Assembly: GCA_000826855.1 (NCBI GenBank)
Contig: JTLS01000070.1
Span: 1 to 34,831, forward strand
Direction: 5' to 3'
DNA from: Basidioascus undulatus
Taxonomy: Eukaryota
DNA: 34,831 nt
Part shown: positions 34,429-34,831 of the stretch, piece by piece
Layout of the letters: each line of letters starts with the position of its first letter
Numbering within the stretch: the first letter of the stretch is position 1
Translations under genes and position numbers: made by a program
The notes under the pieces: model-generated
The model's input: only the letters and a program-made list of their open reading frames with translations
Database searches by the model: none
What the model was told of the DNA's origin: nothing

Positions 34429-34831
34429 CTACGCTCCCGCTCTCGTCATCCTCCTCGTCTTCATCCTCCCCCTCTCCCCTATGGACGCAGCACCGACTGA
34501 GCCGCCCCTAGCCCGCTTCGTCCCGCCGGCACCCGCGGCCCTAGCCTTACTGGACCTGAAGTCCAGCGTGGTCTGCCTTCCCCTCCCCCTCTCCTGGTCC
34601 TGGTCCTGCTCCTCTTCCCTCCTTCCCTCCTCCGCCTCTTCCTTCCGGGGGAGATCCTCTCCCTTCGCAATGCACCATCTCAGCCCGCTCCCGACCCTAG
34701 GCCTAAAGCGGCCGACCTCCGCCCCCCGCCATACACGCTGCGCCTCGCCGCGCGCCTCGGCCGCGGTGGTGCGCGAGCGGGTTGCGCGCGGGGCGGTCGG
34801 GTGCTGTGCCGGGGAGAGGAGGGGCTTGAAG
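34429..34831 (-). CDS. C-terminal end of an unidentified protein-coding gene running off the window
   Basis: Open frame from 34830 to TAG at 34429-34431: FKPLLSPAQHPTAPRATRSRTTAAEARGEAQRVWRGAEVGRFRPRVGSGLRWCIAKGEDLPRKEEAEEG..QTTLDFRSSK..RGRMKTRRMTRAGA*. Its codon style matches neighbouring genes, and a T-rich 3' region follows. Confidence 0.6.
   Translation of the reverse strand, partial: FKPLLSPAQHPTAPRATRSRTTAAEARGEAQRVWRGAEVGRFRPRVGSGLRWCIAKGEDLPRKEEAEEGRREEEQDQDQERGRGRQTTLDFRSSKARAAGAGGTKRARGGSVGAASIGERGRMKTRRMTRAGA

Noticed and set aside
1..34831. CRISPR array, rRNA, LTR retroelement or viral insert
   Set aside because: No regularly spaced direct repeats, rRNA signatures, RT/integrase/capsid motifs or long terminal repeats were seen.

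Overview
Eukaryotic, intron-rich, GC-rich genomic DNA that looks like a basidiomycete fungus (GTGCGT/GTGAGT donors, CTGAC/CTAAC branch points, 55-130 nt introns). Left to right: the 3' ~15 kb of midasin (MDN1/REA1; AAA2-AAA6, linker, D/E-rich region, MIDAS); a CENP-B/Tc5-type double-HTH protein without a DDE domain; a decayed MFS (DHA2-like) transporter; VPS45 (minus); tRNA-Val(AAC); a METTL21/family-16-like methyltransferase; an F-box-like remnant; a candidate small spliced ORF; the SUMO E1 subunit AOS1/SAE1 (minus); and the 3' end of an unidentified gene (minus). I see no prokaryotic-type system, CRISPR array or intact mobile element. The notable signals are fine-scale: a 5-nt microexon, a GC-AG intron, a G-quadruplex-like repeat between a branch point and its acceptor, an A54 T-loop in tRNA-Val, a C-to-G polarity within exons, and an interstitial CCCTAA repeat. 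All calls come from reading the sequence by eye, with no database searches.
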